Shown piece by piece: positions 17,952-26,594 of a DNA stretch of 64,000 nt (position 1 is the first letter of the stretch; every line of letters begins with the position of its first letter). Location: the NCBI GenBank assembly GCA_035691845.1, contig DASSIN010000066.1:9032-73031 (forward strand), read 5' to 3'. Source of the DNA: Candidatus Eiseniibacteriota bacterium (lineage in GTDB: Bacteria; Eisenbacteria; RBG-16-71-46). A program made the position numbers and the translations under genes. The notes under the pieces are model-generated. The model saw nothing but the letters and a program-made list of their open reading frames with translations. It ran no database searches and had not been told where the DNA came from.

Positions 17952-18341
17952 TCAGAGTCGGAGGATGGAAGCGGGAGCTGGAGGGGATTCGGAGGGGATT
18001 GGAACGCGCGCCCTCGCGCCATCTCCGCCGGGGACGAGCGCGGGCGCTACCTGAGCCGTCGGGAGCGGCGCGGCGGGCGGGGCCGGAACGTCGGGCGCCG
18101 CCGCTGCCGGCGCCCACGTCGAGCAGCACATCGAGGTGTGCGCGCACTCGCCGGCGGGCTTGTCGTCACAGCCATCGGGATCCGCGCAGCCGTCGTGGCC
18201 GGCCGCGGCCGCGCAATCGGCGTGGGCCGCTGCCAGCGCCGGGCCATCGCACGCGCCGCCGCGTGCGGCGCACGCTTGCGCGAACGCGAGCATGGCGAAC
18301 ACCAGCACCGCGCCGACGGTCCGGTGGGCGGCGTCGAACAT
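17952..18341 (-). CDS. Small Cys-rich secreted protein, hypothetical
   Basis: Signal peptide MFDAAHRTVGAVLVFAMLAFAQACA; 11 Cys in ~60 aa (CDGPALAAAHADC...GHDGCADPDGCDDKPAGECAHTSMCC); very high GC3 in this frame; low complexity Pro/Ala tail. Confidence 0.4.
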   Translation of the reverse strand: MFDAAHRTVGAVLVFAMLAFAQACAARGGACDGPALAAAHADCAAAAGHDGCADPDGCDDKPAGECAHTSMCCSTWAPAAAAPDVPAPPAAPLPTAQVAPALVPGGDGARARVPIPSESPPAPASILRL

Positions 18342-18500
18342 GCGCGGGCGGTAGGTCACGCGAGAATCATCGGCACAACCACGCAGCGGGTCAAGGCGCA
18401 GGCCCGAATCGTCCGGCCCATGTCAGGGGTTCCGGCGATCGTCCGCTCGTGCATGCGGATTGCACGCGTTGCGAACGCGCGCCGTATCAGCAGGTCCTGG

Positions 18501-21347
18501 TCACCGGATCAGGGCGACGCGTCGTGTGACGCTCCTGCCGTTCACGCTCGCCCGCACGAAGTACACGCCCGGTTCCGTGCTCCGGCCACGATCGTCGCGT
18601 CCGTCCCAGACGAGACGCCGCGCGCCCGGCACCGTGGCATCGAGCAGATGGCGCACGCGGCGACCGCGGCTGTCGTAGATCGCGACCACGCCGCGGGCCG
18701 GTCGGGCGGTGACGAGGTCGATCGTCGCCGCTCCGGCCGCGGGGTTGGGCTCGACCTGCAGCGCGATGCTCCCTCCCGCATGCCCGTCGGGGACGTCGGA
18801 GGCGGCGTTCACCGTGAGCGTGGCGGCGTGGCTCGTCACGCTGCCGCAGGCGTCGGACACGACGCAGTCGTAGCTCCCGCTGTCGGCCGGGGCGCACGTG
18901 AAGATGTCGATGAGGTCGCGCTGCGATCCATCGACGTATGAGCCCCATGGCGTGAAGCCGTCCACGAGCGGCACGCCGTCCTTGCGCCACGCGTAGGTCG
19001 CCGCTTCGTAACCGGTCGGCACCTCGACGTCGAACCCAGCCGTCTGCCCCGCCGTGATGGCCTGTGACGCCGGCTGCGACCAGATCCACGGCGTCCCGGT
19101 TTCGAGGAAGCGCGCCATGCCCGGGGAATCGATCGCGAACGATTCCGCCCAGGTGAAATCCCCGCCCGCGATCATCTCGCCGTTGAAGCCGACGAGCGCC
19201 CGGCCGGAGTTGTTGACGCCCACGTCCACGGCGCTCCACGCCGATCCGTTCCAGCGCGCGGCGTTCATCGCGCTCACGCCGTCGGCCGAGGTGAAGGTGC
19301 CGAGCGCGTACAGCGAGCCGCCGTCGGCCTTGAGTGCGTACACGGTGCCGTTGCAGCCCCCGCCCGGCGTGGAGCCGACCGCCACCCACGCCGATCCGTT
19401 CCAGCGCGCCACGTGATGGACCGCGCCCGTGCTGGACGACGTGAACGCCCCGCCCGCGTACGTGCTGCCGTTGTAGCGCTCGACGGCGAACACGGTGTCG
19501 TTCAATCCGCCGCCCAGCGCGCTCCACGGCGTGAACCCCGGGCCGACGGTGCTCTGGGTCCAGATCGCCACGCGGCTGGCCGCGCCGCCGTTGGCGATCG
19601 TGAATTCGCCTCCCGCCACCAGCGCGATGTTGCTGGAGTTGACGGTGTAGGCCTTGAGCGCATGCACGGCGGCGTTCATGCCGGTGCCCATCGGCTGCCA
19701 CGCGGAGCCGTCCCAGCGCGCCACGCGCGTGACCGCGGTGGCGCCGGAGGTCACGAACGCGCCGCCCGCCACCGTGGCGCCGCCGAACTGCTCCAGCGCC
19801 AGCACGGTGTTGTCGAAGCCGCTTCCGAGCCGCGACCAGGCATTGAACGGGAACACCGGCGATTCACTCCACAGCGCCACGTGATTCGCATCGAGCCCGC
19901 CCGCATGGGTGAAGCCGCCGCCGACGATCAGGTTGTTGCGCGTCTGTCCCTGCACCAGGTCGGAATAGCCCTTGAGCGCGTAGATCGGCGCATCGGTGCC
20001 GGCGCCCAGCGCCGCGAGCTGGTTGCCGTCCCAGGTGCACAGGTAGTAGTCGTCCGCGGCGTTGATGTGCTGCGAGAAGTATCCGCCCATCGCCAGCTTC
20101 GCTCCATACGTTCCAAGCGCGTACACGTGGAGCGGCGCATCAGGCGCCACCCAGCTGGCGCCGGTCCACTGACCGACGTCGTAGAGGTCCGTCGTGCCGC
20201 CGCGGTGGAAGTCGCCGCCCGCGAACAGCGTTCCGCCGTAGCTGCACAGCGCCCTCACGTACAGGGACGTGCCCTGCAGGTTGGAGTCGATGCCCGACCC
20301 CACATCGGTCCACGACGAGCCGTTCCACAGCGCGATGCGATTCAGGCTGCAGCCCAACTGCGTGTAGAAGTCGCCGCCGGCGTAGAGCAGGCCGCCCGAT
20401 TCCCCCAGCGCGAACACCGAGCTGCACAGGCTGCCGGCGCTCTGCCAGCTCGTTCCGGTCCAGCGCACGACGCCGGCGGCCGCGGGCTCGGCCACGCCCA
20501 CGAACAGGTCGGTCCCGTGGGTCGCCATCGCGAGCACGGGTTGGGCCGGCCCGTTGCCCGAGCCGTCGTCCACCGCGCTCCAGGAGGCGCCGTCGTAGCG
20601 GGCGATGAATTTCGCATGCGCCGCGCCCGCCCCGGTGAACGCGCCGCCTGCGTACAGGGCGTTGTTGGCCACGGTCAGGCAGTAGACGGTCCCGGAGGTC
20701 CCGCCCCCCGCCAGTGGCTGCCAGCTGGTGCCGTTGAAGGCGGCGATGTTCGAGGGGGTGCCGATGTGCCCCGCGGCGATCAGGGTGCCGCCGTAGGTCG
20801 TGAGCGCGAACACCGTGTCGGGGGCGCCGGTCAGATAGCCACGATCCAGGTCGTTCCAGCTCGCGCCGTCCCACAGTTCGATGTCGGCGGTGTGGAGGCT
20901 GGACGTTCCGCCGGCCACGAGCTGCCCGTTGTAGACGGCGAGCGACGACACGCTGGCCGAAGGGCCCGCACCCAGCGCGCGCCACACGAGCCCGTCCCAC
21001 GTCGCCACGTGACGGGCCGCGACGCCGTTGATGGAATGGAACGATCCACCCACCACGAGCAGCGGCGCCGCCGGCCCCGCGCCGTCCGGGTCCCACACCT
21101 GCATCGCGCGGATCGCGCTGTCGGCGCCGACCACCGTCGACCCGAGCGGCCCCGCGACCCATTGCGAGCACTGCGATCGCGCGCGATGCGCGGTGCCGCC
21201 GAGCGCGACCGCCGCCAGCAGGCCGATGATCGCCCCGCGCCGGGCGCGGGCGCATCGGGATGGAGGGAATCGAAGCACCGTCCCACCTCCGGAAGGGGGA
21301 CCGGGCGAGCGCAGGCAGCCCGTCTCCCGCGCTCGATTGTGACGCAT
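18501..21347 (-). CDS. Secreted tandem beta-propeller repeat protein (delta-60/kelch-like repeats) with Ig-like domain and T9SS-type C-terminal sorting domain
   Basis: ~15 repeats of W(D/N)G.SW..(L/V)G.G....V.AL..Y.G.L.AGG.F; C-terminal VEPNPAAGAATIDLV..VAIYDSRGRRVRHL...WDGRDDRGR..PGVYFVRASVNGRSVTRRVALIR; start uncertain (signal-like segment after residue ~35). Confidence 0.8.
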   Translation of the reverse strand: MRHNRARETGCLRSPGPPSGGGTVLRFPPSRCARARRGAIIGLLAAVALGGTAHRARSQCSQWVAGPLGSTVVGADSAIRAMQVWDPDGAGPAAPLLVVGGSFHSINGVAARHVATWDGLVWRALGAGPSASVSSLAVYNGQLVAGGTSSLHTADIELWDGASWNDLDRGYLTGAPDTVFALTTYGGTLIAAGHIGTPSNIAAFNGTSWQPLAGGGTSGTVYCLTVANNALYAGGAFTGAGAAHAKFIARYDGASWSAVDDGSGNGPAQPVLAMATHGTDLFVGVAEPAAAGVVRWTGTSWQSAGSLCSSVFALGESGGLLYAGGDFYTQLGCSLNRIALWNGSSWTDVGSGIDSNLQGTSLYVRALCSYGGTLFAGGDFHRGGTTDLYDVGQWTGASWVAPDAPLHVYALGTYGAKLAMGGYFSQHINAADDYYLCTWDGNQLAALGAGTDAPIYALKGYSDLVQGQTRNNLIVGGGFTHAGGLDANHVALWSESPVFPFNAWSRLGSGFDNTVLALEQFGGATVAGGAFVTSGATAVTRVARWDGSAWQPMGTGMNAAVHALKAYTVNSSNIALVAGGEFTIANGGAASRVAIWTQSTVGPGFTPWSALGGGLNDTVFAVERYNGSTYAGGAFTSSSTGAVHHVARWNGSAWVAVGSTPGGGCNGTVYALKADGGSLYALGTFTSADGVSAMNAARWNGSAWSAVDVGVNNSGRALVGFNGEMIAGGDFTWAESFAIDSPGMARFLETGTPWIWSQPASQAITAGQTAGFDVEVPTGYEAATYAWRKDGVPLVDGFTPWGSYVDGSQRDLIDIFTCAPADSGSYDCVVSDACGSVTSHAATLTVNAASDVPDGHAGGSIALQVEPNPAAGAATIDLVTARPARGVVAIYDSRGRRVRHLLDATVPGARRLVWDGRDDRGRSTEPGVYFVRASVNGRSVTRRVALIR

Positions 21348-21399
21348 GCCAGCGTGCCACGCAGCAGGATACTTTCGGCTCCGGGCGTGTAGCCGGTGG

Positions 21400-23745
21400 C
21401 TAGTGGCCGGGTCGGAACGATCGCAGCCGCAGGGCGTTTCCGATCACCGAGACGGAGCTGAAACTCATCGCGGCGGCGGCGATGATGGGGCTGAGCAGCA
21501 GGCCGAAGAAGGGGTACAGCACTCCGGCGGCGATGGGCACGCCCAGCGCGTTGTAGACGAAGGCGAACAACAGGTTCTGCCGGATGTTGGACATGGTGGC
21601 GCGGCTGAGTTGGCGCGCCCGCACGATGCCGCGCAGGTCGCCCTTCACGAGCGTGACGCCCGCGCTCTCCATGGCGACATCCGTGCCCGTTCCCATCGCG
21701 ATCCCGACGCGAGCCCGGGCGAGCGCGGGCGCGTCGTTGATGCCGTCCCCCGCCATCGCCACCGACCGCCCTTCCGACTGGAGCTGGGTCACGATTTCCA
21801 GCTTGCGATCGGGAAGAACCTCGGCGTGCACCTCGTCGATGCCGAGCTGTCGCGCGACGGCTTCGGCCGTGGTGCGATTGTCGCCGGTGAGCATGACCAG
21901 ACGCAGCTTCTGTGCGTGCAGCTGCCGAATCGCCTCCGGCGTCGTCTCCTTCAGCGGGTCGGCCACGCCGATGACGGCGGACACCCGGCCTTCGACGACG
22001 AGGAACATCGCCGTCTGCCCTTCGGCGCGCATGCTCCCGGCCGCGTCGTTCAGAGGTCCCGCATCGGCGTGGACGTCGGCGAGCAGCGCGGCGTTGCCCA
22101 GGGCGAGCGGCTTGCCGTCGATCACGCCCTTCACCCCCTTGCCCGTGAGCGCGATGAAGTCGGCCGCATCCGTCAATGGCAGGTGGCGGGCCTCTGCGGC
22201 CGCGACGAGCGCCGCGGCGAGCGGGTGCTCGCTGCCACGCTCGAGGCTGGCCGCGAGCCGAAGGGCCTCGTTCTCCTGCCAGCCGGGCGCGACGGTGATC
22301 CCCGCGAGCTTGGGCTTGCCTTCCGTCAGCGTGCCGGTCTTGTCGAACACCAGCGTGTCCACGGCACGCAGCGTCTCGATCGCCTCGGCGTTCTTGAACA
22401 GCACGCCCATGGTGGCACCCTTTCCGGCCGCCACCATGACGGACATCGGCGTCGCGAGTCCGAGCGCGCACGGACAGGCGATGATGAGCACGGCCACCGC
22501 ATTGACGATGGCGTACGCCATCCGTGGCTCGGGGCCGGCGATGGCCCAGACGATGAATGTCACAACCGCAATCCCCACCACCGTCGGGACGAACCACGCG
22601 GACACCTGATCGGCCAGGCGCTGGATCGGTGCGCGGCTCCGCTGCGCTTGCGCGACCATCTGGACGATTCGCGCCAGCAGCGTGTCGGCGCCCACCTTCT
22701 CGGCGCGCATGACGAGCGCCCCCGTGCCGTTGATGGTCGCGCCGACGAGGCGGGCCCCCGGCTCCTTCTCGACCGGGATCGCTTCGCCGCTGACGAGCGA
22801 TTCGTCCACCGAGCTGCGTCCTTCGAGCACGATGCCGTCCACCGGCACCTGCTGTCCGGGCCGCACCCGCAGCCGATCACCCACGTGGACCTGCTCGAGC
22901 GAAACGTCGCGCTCCGTGCCGTCCTGCTCGATGCGGCGCGCCGTGGTCGGGGCCATGCGGAGCAACGCCCGGATGGCGGCGCCGGTCTGGCTGCGCGCCT
23001 TGAGCTCCATCACCTGACCGAGCAGCACCAGCGTCACGATCACGGCCGCCGCTTCGAAGTAGGTGCCGACGCGCCCGGTGGAATCGCGGAACGAGGCCGG
23101 GAACAGCTCCGGCACCAGCACGGCGGCCACGCTGTAGAGGAACGCCACGCCCACCCCGAGGCCGATCAGTGTGAACATGTTCGGGCTGCGATGGACGATC
23201 GATTCCCAGCCGCGTACGAAGAACGGCCAGCCGCCCCACGGCACCACCGGGGCCGCGAGCAGGAACTCGACCCAGCCGATCGCCGCCATGGGAACGACGC
23301 GGTGCAGCGGCTGCCCGGGCAGGAACGAGCCGAGCATCATCAGGACCAGCGGCGCGGTCAGGGCTGCGGAGATCCACAGCCGCCGGCGCATGTCGACCAG
23401 CTCCGGGTTCTCCTGATCCGCGAGCGAGATGGTTCGCGGCTCGAGCGCCATGCCGCAGATCGGGCAGCTTCCCGGCCCGCTCCGCACGATCTGCGGATGC
23501 ATGGGGCAGGTGTACTCGGTGGCCGCCGCGCTCGCGGGACGAGCCGTGCGCTCCGGAGGCGAGAGGTAGCGGTGGGGATCGGCCGTGAACTTCGCCAGGC
23601 ATCCCGCGCAGCAGAACCGGTACGTGCGACCTTCGAAGCTCGTCTGGTGCGGGGTGTCGGCGCGCACGCTCATGCCGCACACCGGGTCGCGCTCGACCGC
23701 TGGATCGCGCTGAACGACCGGCAGGGAATGTGTCCTCATCTCCAT
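21400..23745 (-). CDS. copA: Copper-translocating P1B-type ATPase with N-terminal TRASH/YHS-type and CPxH-zinc-ribbon metal-binding motifs (no classical HMA domain)
   Basis: CPC transmembrane motif ([13 protein letters not shown]), DKTGTLT phosphorylation site, [10 protein letters not shown] hinge, HP (SEHPLAAAL); N-terminal VCGMSV..x20..FCCAGC and CPMHPQ..x8..CPICGM; ATG 23745 (MEMRTHS). Confidence 0.9.
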   Translation of the reverse strand: MEMRTHSLPVVQRDPAVERDPVCGMSVRADTPHQTSFEGRTYRFCCAGCLAKFTADPHRYLSPPERTARPASAAATEYTCPMHPQIVRSGPGSCPICGMALEPRTISLADQENPELVDMRRRLWISAALTAPLVLMMLGSFLPGQPLHRVVPMAAIGWVEFLLAAPVVPWGGWPFFVRGWESIVHRSPNMFTLIGLGVGVAFLYSVAAVLVPELFPASFRDSTGRVGTYFEAAAVIVTLVLLGQVMELKARSQTGAAIRALLRMAPTTARRIEQDGTERDVSLEQVHVGDRLRVRPGQQVPVDGIVLEGRSSVDESLVSGEAIPVEKEPGARLVGATINGTGALVMRAEKVGADTLLARIVQMVAQAQRSRAPIQRLADQVSAWFVPTVVGIAVVTFIVWAIAGPEPRMAYAIVNAVAVLIIACPCALGLATPMSVMVAAGKGATMGVLFKNAEAIETLRAVDTLVFDKTGTLTEGKPKLAGITVAPGWQENEALRLAASLERGSEHPLAAALVAAAEARHLPLTDAADFIALTGKGVKGVIDGKPLALGNAALLADVHADAGPLNDAAGSMRAEGQTAMFLVVEGRVSAVIGVADPLKETTPEAIRQLHAQKLRLVMLTGDNRTTAEAVARQLGIDEVHAEVLPDRKLEIVTQLQSEGRSVAMAGDGINDAPALARARVGIAMGTGTDVAMESAGVTLVKGDLRGIVRARQLSRATMSNIRQNLLFAFVYNALGVPIAAGVLYPFFGLLLSPIIAAAAMSFSSVSVIGNALRLRSFRPGH

Positions 23746-23810
23746 CCCCTCATGGTAACCCGTCCATGCGATACGCTCGGAACCCGCCCGGCCCCGCGCC
23801 GGGTGGTCGC

Positions 23811-26495
23811 TCACGGCGTCGGAATCGGATCCCGCATCGTCTCCCAGCCCACCACCAGCCGGACCGCGAGCGCGTGTCCGCCCGGCGCAATGAAGATGAA
23901 GCCTCTGCCATCCGGTCGTACCACGTATTCGCTGCGACGATCGTTGCGCAGGTAGCGATCCTCGAACAACGGCACCGGCCGTGACACGGCGATCGGATCG
24001 CCCGGCACCACGCGCGCGGCCATGAAGTGCGTCGGGGATCGGAAGAACACCTCGCGGCCGTCCGCGGACCAGCGCGGCTCCGTGCCTCCGCCGGACGACA
24101 CCTGCACGCGGCCGCCACCCTCGATCGGCTTGAGGTAGATCTCCTGCTCTCCCGTCTCGTCGGAGCTGTAGGCCAGCCACCGGCCGTTCGGCGAAAGCGA
24201 CGGCGACAGTTCCGACGCGGGCGTCTGCACCAGCCCGCGCCGCGTGCGGCGCCCGTCGGTCGAGACCATCAGGATGTCTTCGTTCGTCGTCGGATTGTTC
24301 TCGCGATACACGACCCAGTTGCCGTCGGGCGACCACGCGAGCGGAAATGTGAACAGTGGCCCGGCGACCAGCGTGTCCACCACGCCCGAGCCGTCGGCGT
24401 TCCGCACCAGGACTTCGAACGTGCCGCGCCGGAAGCCGGCGTAGGCGATGCGGCGACCGTCCGGAGACCATACCGGGTCGATGTTGTCGGGGCCGAACGT
24501 GACACGGGAAAGCACGTTGCGCGCGAGATCGAGGGTCCAGACGTCCCGGCCGGTGTCGCCCGGCAGCGCGACCGCGAGCCGCGTTCCCGATGGCGAAATG
24601 GCGGGTCGGTCGTAGGCCCGGGCTTCGACCGGGAGCGACACCGCGCGACCGGCTCGATCCACGTCCCAGAGCGGATTGGTCCCCGCCGAGGGCGGCGAGT
24701 CGAGCCACGCGAGCAGACCGTTGCCCGAAACCGCGAAGTCCCTCGCGCCCGAGCCGACCGATGAGCCAAGCGTCGTGAGGCGCTCGGCCGGGCCGCGACG
24801 CCGGGCGCCCGCCGGATCGAACGGCAGGCGGTACAGCGCGCCGTCCTGGCCGCGAAACAGCAGCTGGTCCCCGACGAAGCGCACCTCGGTCGCGCGCTCG
24901 CCGATCGGGTGAGTCGCGCCGGTGGCGAGCTCGATCGTGACGAGGGGGCCGGATCCCATTTCGGACGTTGCGGCGACCGCGATCAGACGGCGACCGCCCG
25001 GCAGGGGTTCCGCGCTCACCAGGCTGTACGCCCCGTCGTTCTCGACGGGAGCCGCCACGCGGGTCGGCGCGCCCCCGTCGGCGCTCACCCGCAGGATGCC
25101 CCGAAACGGGCGGAATCGGACGGAGTAGTAGATGAAGCCGTCGCCAGCCCACGCGCCACCGCTGATCAGCCCGCCCGGGTCCATCGAGCCGTCATCGGTG
25201 CCGCGAATGCGCTCGGCCGCACCATCGGGGAGGCGCGCCTTCCACAGCGCGCCGTGCGCCGCGAATGCCAGCCAGCGGCCATCGGGCGAGAAGAACGGCC
25301 TGTCTGCGCCGTCGCTGGCGGGGATGGTCACCGTCGTCGTCGAGGACAGATCCCGCACCATCGCCACCCTCCGCCCGAGGCTGTCGAGGCCGACGAACGC
25401 GAGTCGTGTGCCGTCCTCCGACAGCGCCACGCCGGCGGGCGCGACGCGCCCCACGTCCGACGAGGACGGGACGAGGGTCGCGACGAGCGGCGCGGTGCGA
25501 TGGGCCGAGGGAACGACCGAGCGCCGACCGAGCGCCCAGACGACGACCAGCAGCGCGGCCAGAACGAGCGCGGCCACGATCATCGTCCCACGCGATGGCA
25601 CGGCGCGCGGCGCGCCCGGCTCTTGCGCCGGCGCGGCGAGCACTTCGCCGAGTTCGAGTCGCGCGTCGCCGATGTCGCGCAGGCGCTCGTGGGAATCCTT
25701 GCGCAGACAGCGCGCCAGCAGCTCGCGCACGCGTGCGGGTGTCGCCGCCGGCAGCGCGCTCCAGTCGGGCTCGCGTTCGAGGATGCTCGCGATCAGGTCG
25801 GACACCGTCCCGCCCTGGAACGCCTGACGTCCGGCCAGGCACTCGTAGAGCAGGCAGCCGAACGACCAGATGTCCGACCGCCGGTCCACGACCCTGCCCC
25901 GGGCCTGTTCGGGGCTCATGTAGGCGGCGGTGCCCAGGATCATGCCGGCGCTGGTCCCGCCATAGGCCATGGTGGGCGAGGCGCTCAGGCTCGCGTCGGA
26001 GCCCGCGGCCCCAGCCGCACCGCCCGTCGCGAGCCCGAAATCGAGCACCTTGACGCCGCCCCGCCCCGTGATCATGACGTTTCCGGGCTTCAAGTCGCGG
26101 TGCACCACGCCGCTCTCGTGCGCGGCCTCCACGCCGGACGCGATCTTCACCGCGATCTCCAGCGCCTCGCGCACCGGCAGCGGTCCGCGCGCCAGCCGCG
26201 CGGCCAGGGTCTCCCCCGCGACGAACTCGAGCACCAGATAGCGCGCCCCCTCGACCTGTTCGAGGCCGAAGATCCCGGAGATGTTCGGGTGATTCAGCGA
26301 CGCGAGCAGCTTCGCTTCGCGTTCGAACCTGGCCAGGCGGTCGGGATCGGTCGCGAATGCGGCCGGCAGGGCCTTGATCGCCACGTCGCGGGACAGGCGC
26401 GTGTCATGCGCGCGGTACACCTCGCCCATGCCGCCGCTGCCGAGCGGCGCGACGATCTCGTATGGGCCAAGGCGGGTGCCCGCGGCCAGAGTCAT
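23811..26495 (-). CDS. Ser/Thr protein kinase with TM segment and periplasmic TolB-like (PD40) beta-propeller
   Basis: [22 protein letters not shown] glycine loop, [10 protein letters not shown] catalytic loop, DFG, SPEQ; [18 protein letters not shown]; C-terminal repeats [10 protein letters not shown] / [10 protein letters not shown] / [10 protein letters not shown] / [10 protein letters not shown]. Confidence 0.85.
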   Translation of the reverse strand: MTLAAGTRLGPYEIVAPLGSGGMGEVYRAHDTRLSRDVAIKALPAAFATDPDRLARFEREAKLLASLNHPNISGIFGLEQVEGARYLVLEFVAGETLAARLARGPLPVREALEIAVKIASGVEAAHESGVVHRDLKPGNVMITGRGGVKVLDFGLATGGAAGAAGSDASLSASPTMAYGGTSAGMILGTAAYMSPEQARGRVVDRRSDIWSFGCLLYECLAGRQAFQGGTVSDLIASILEREPDWSALPAATPARVRELLARCLRKDSHERLRDIGDARLELGEVLAAPAQEPGAPRAVPSRGTMIVAALVLAALLVVVWALGRRSVVPSAHRTAPLVATLVPSSSDVGRVAPAGVALSEDGTRLAFVGLDSLGRRVAMVRDLSSTTTVTIPASDGADRPFFSPDGRWLAFAAHGALWKARLPDGAAERIRGTDDGSMDPGGLISGGAWAGDGFIYYSVRFRPFRGILRVSADGGAPTRVAAPVENDGAYSLVSAEPLPGGRRLIAVAATSEMGSGPLVTIELATGATHPIGERATEVRFVGDQLLFRGQDGALYRLPFDPAGARRRGPAERLTTLGSSVGSGARDFAVSGNGLLAWLDSPPSAGTNPLWDVDRAGRAVSLPVEARAYDRPAISPSGTRLAVALPGDTGRDVWTLDLARNVLSRVTFGPDNIDPVWSPDGRRIAYAGFRRGTFEVLVRNADGSGVVDTLVAGPLFTFPLAWSPDGNWVVYRENNPTTNEDILMVSTDGRRTRRGLVQTPASELSPSLSPNGRWLAYSSDETGEQEIYLKPIEGGGRVQVSSGGGTEPRWSADGREVFFRSPTHFMAARVVPGDPIAVSRPVPLFEDRYLRNDRRSEYVVRPDGRGFIFIAPGGHALAVRLVVGWETMRDPIPTP

Positions 26496-26594
26496 CGCGC
26501 CACTGTGCCACAGACGGGTGAGGGTCCAGAAGGACGAGGGCGTCACCGAACGGGCATGGGGGAGGCCCGACGTACGGCGCGGGCGCTGCTCAGC

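Noticed and set aside
18465-18479. Short palindrome CGCGTT-GCG-AACGCG downstream of the 18501..21347 gene
   Set aside because: Only 6-bp stem; could be a weak terminator but too short to call confidently
19413-23955. Long plus-strand ORFs 19413..21392 and 21346..23955
   Set aside because: Antisense to the delta-60 protein and copA; Arg/Gly-rich with no domain signatures
21400-25152. 1250-aa ORF suggesting a kinase-ATPase fusion
   Set aside because: The upstream 469 aa is an out-of-frame reading of the kinase gene; copA begins at ATG 23745 (MEMRTHS) with its own RBS
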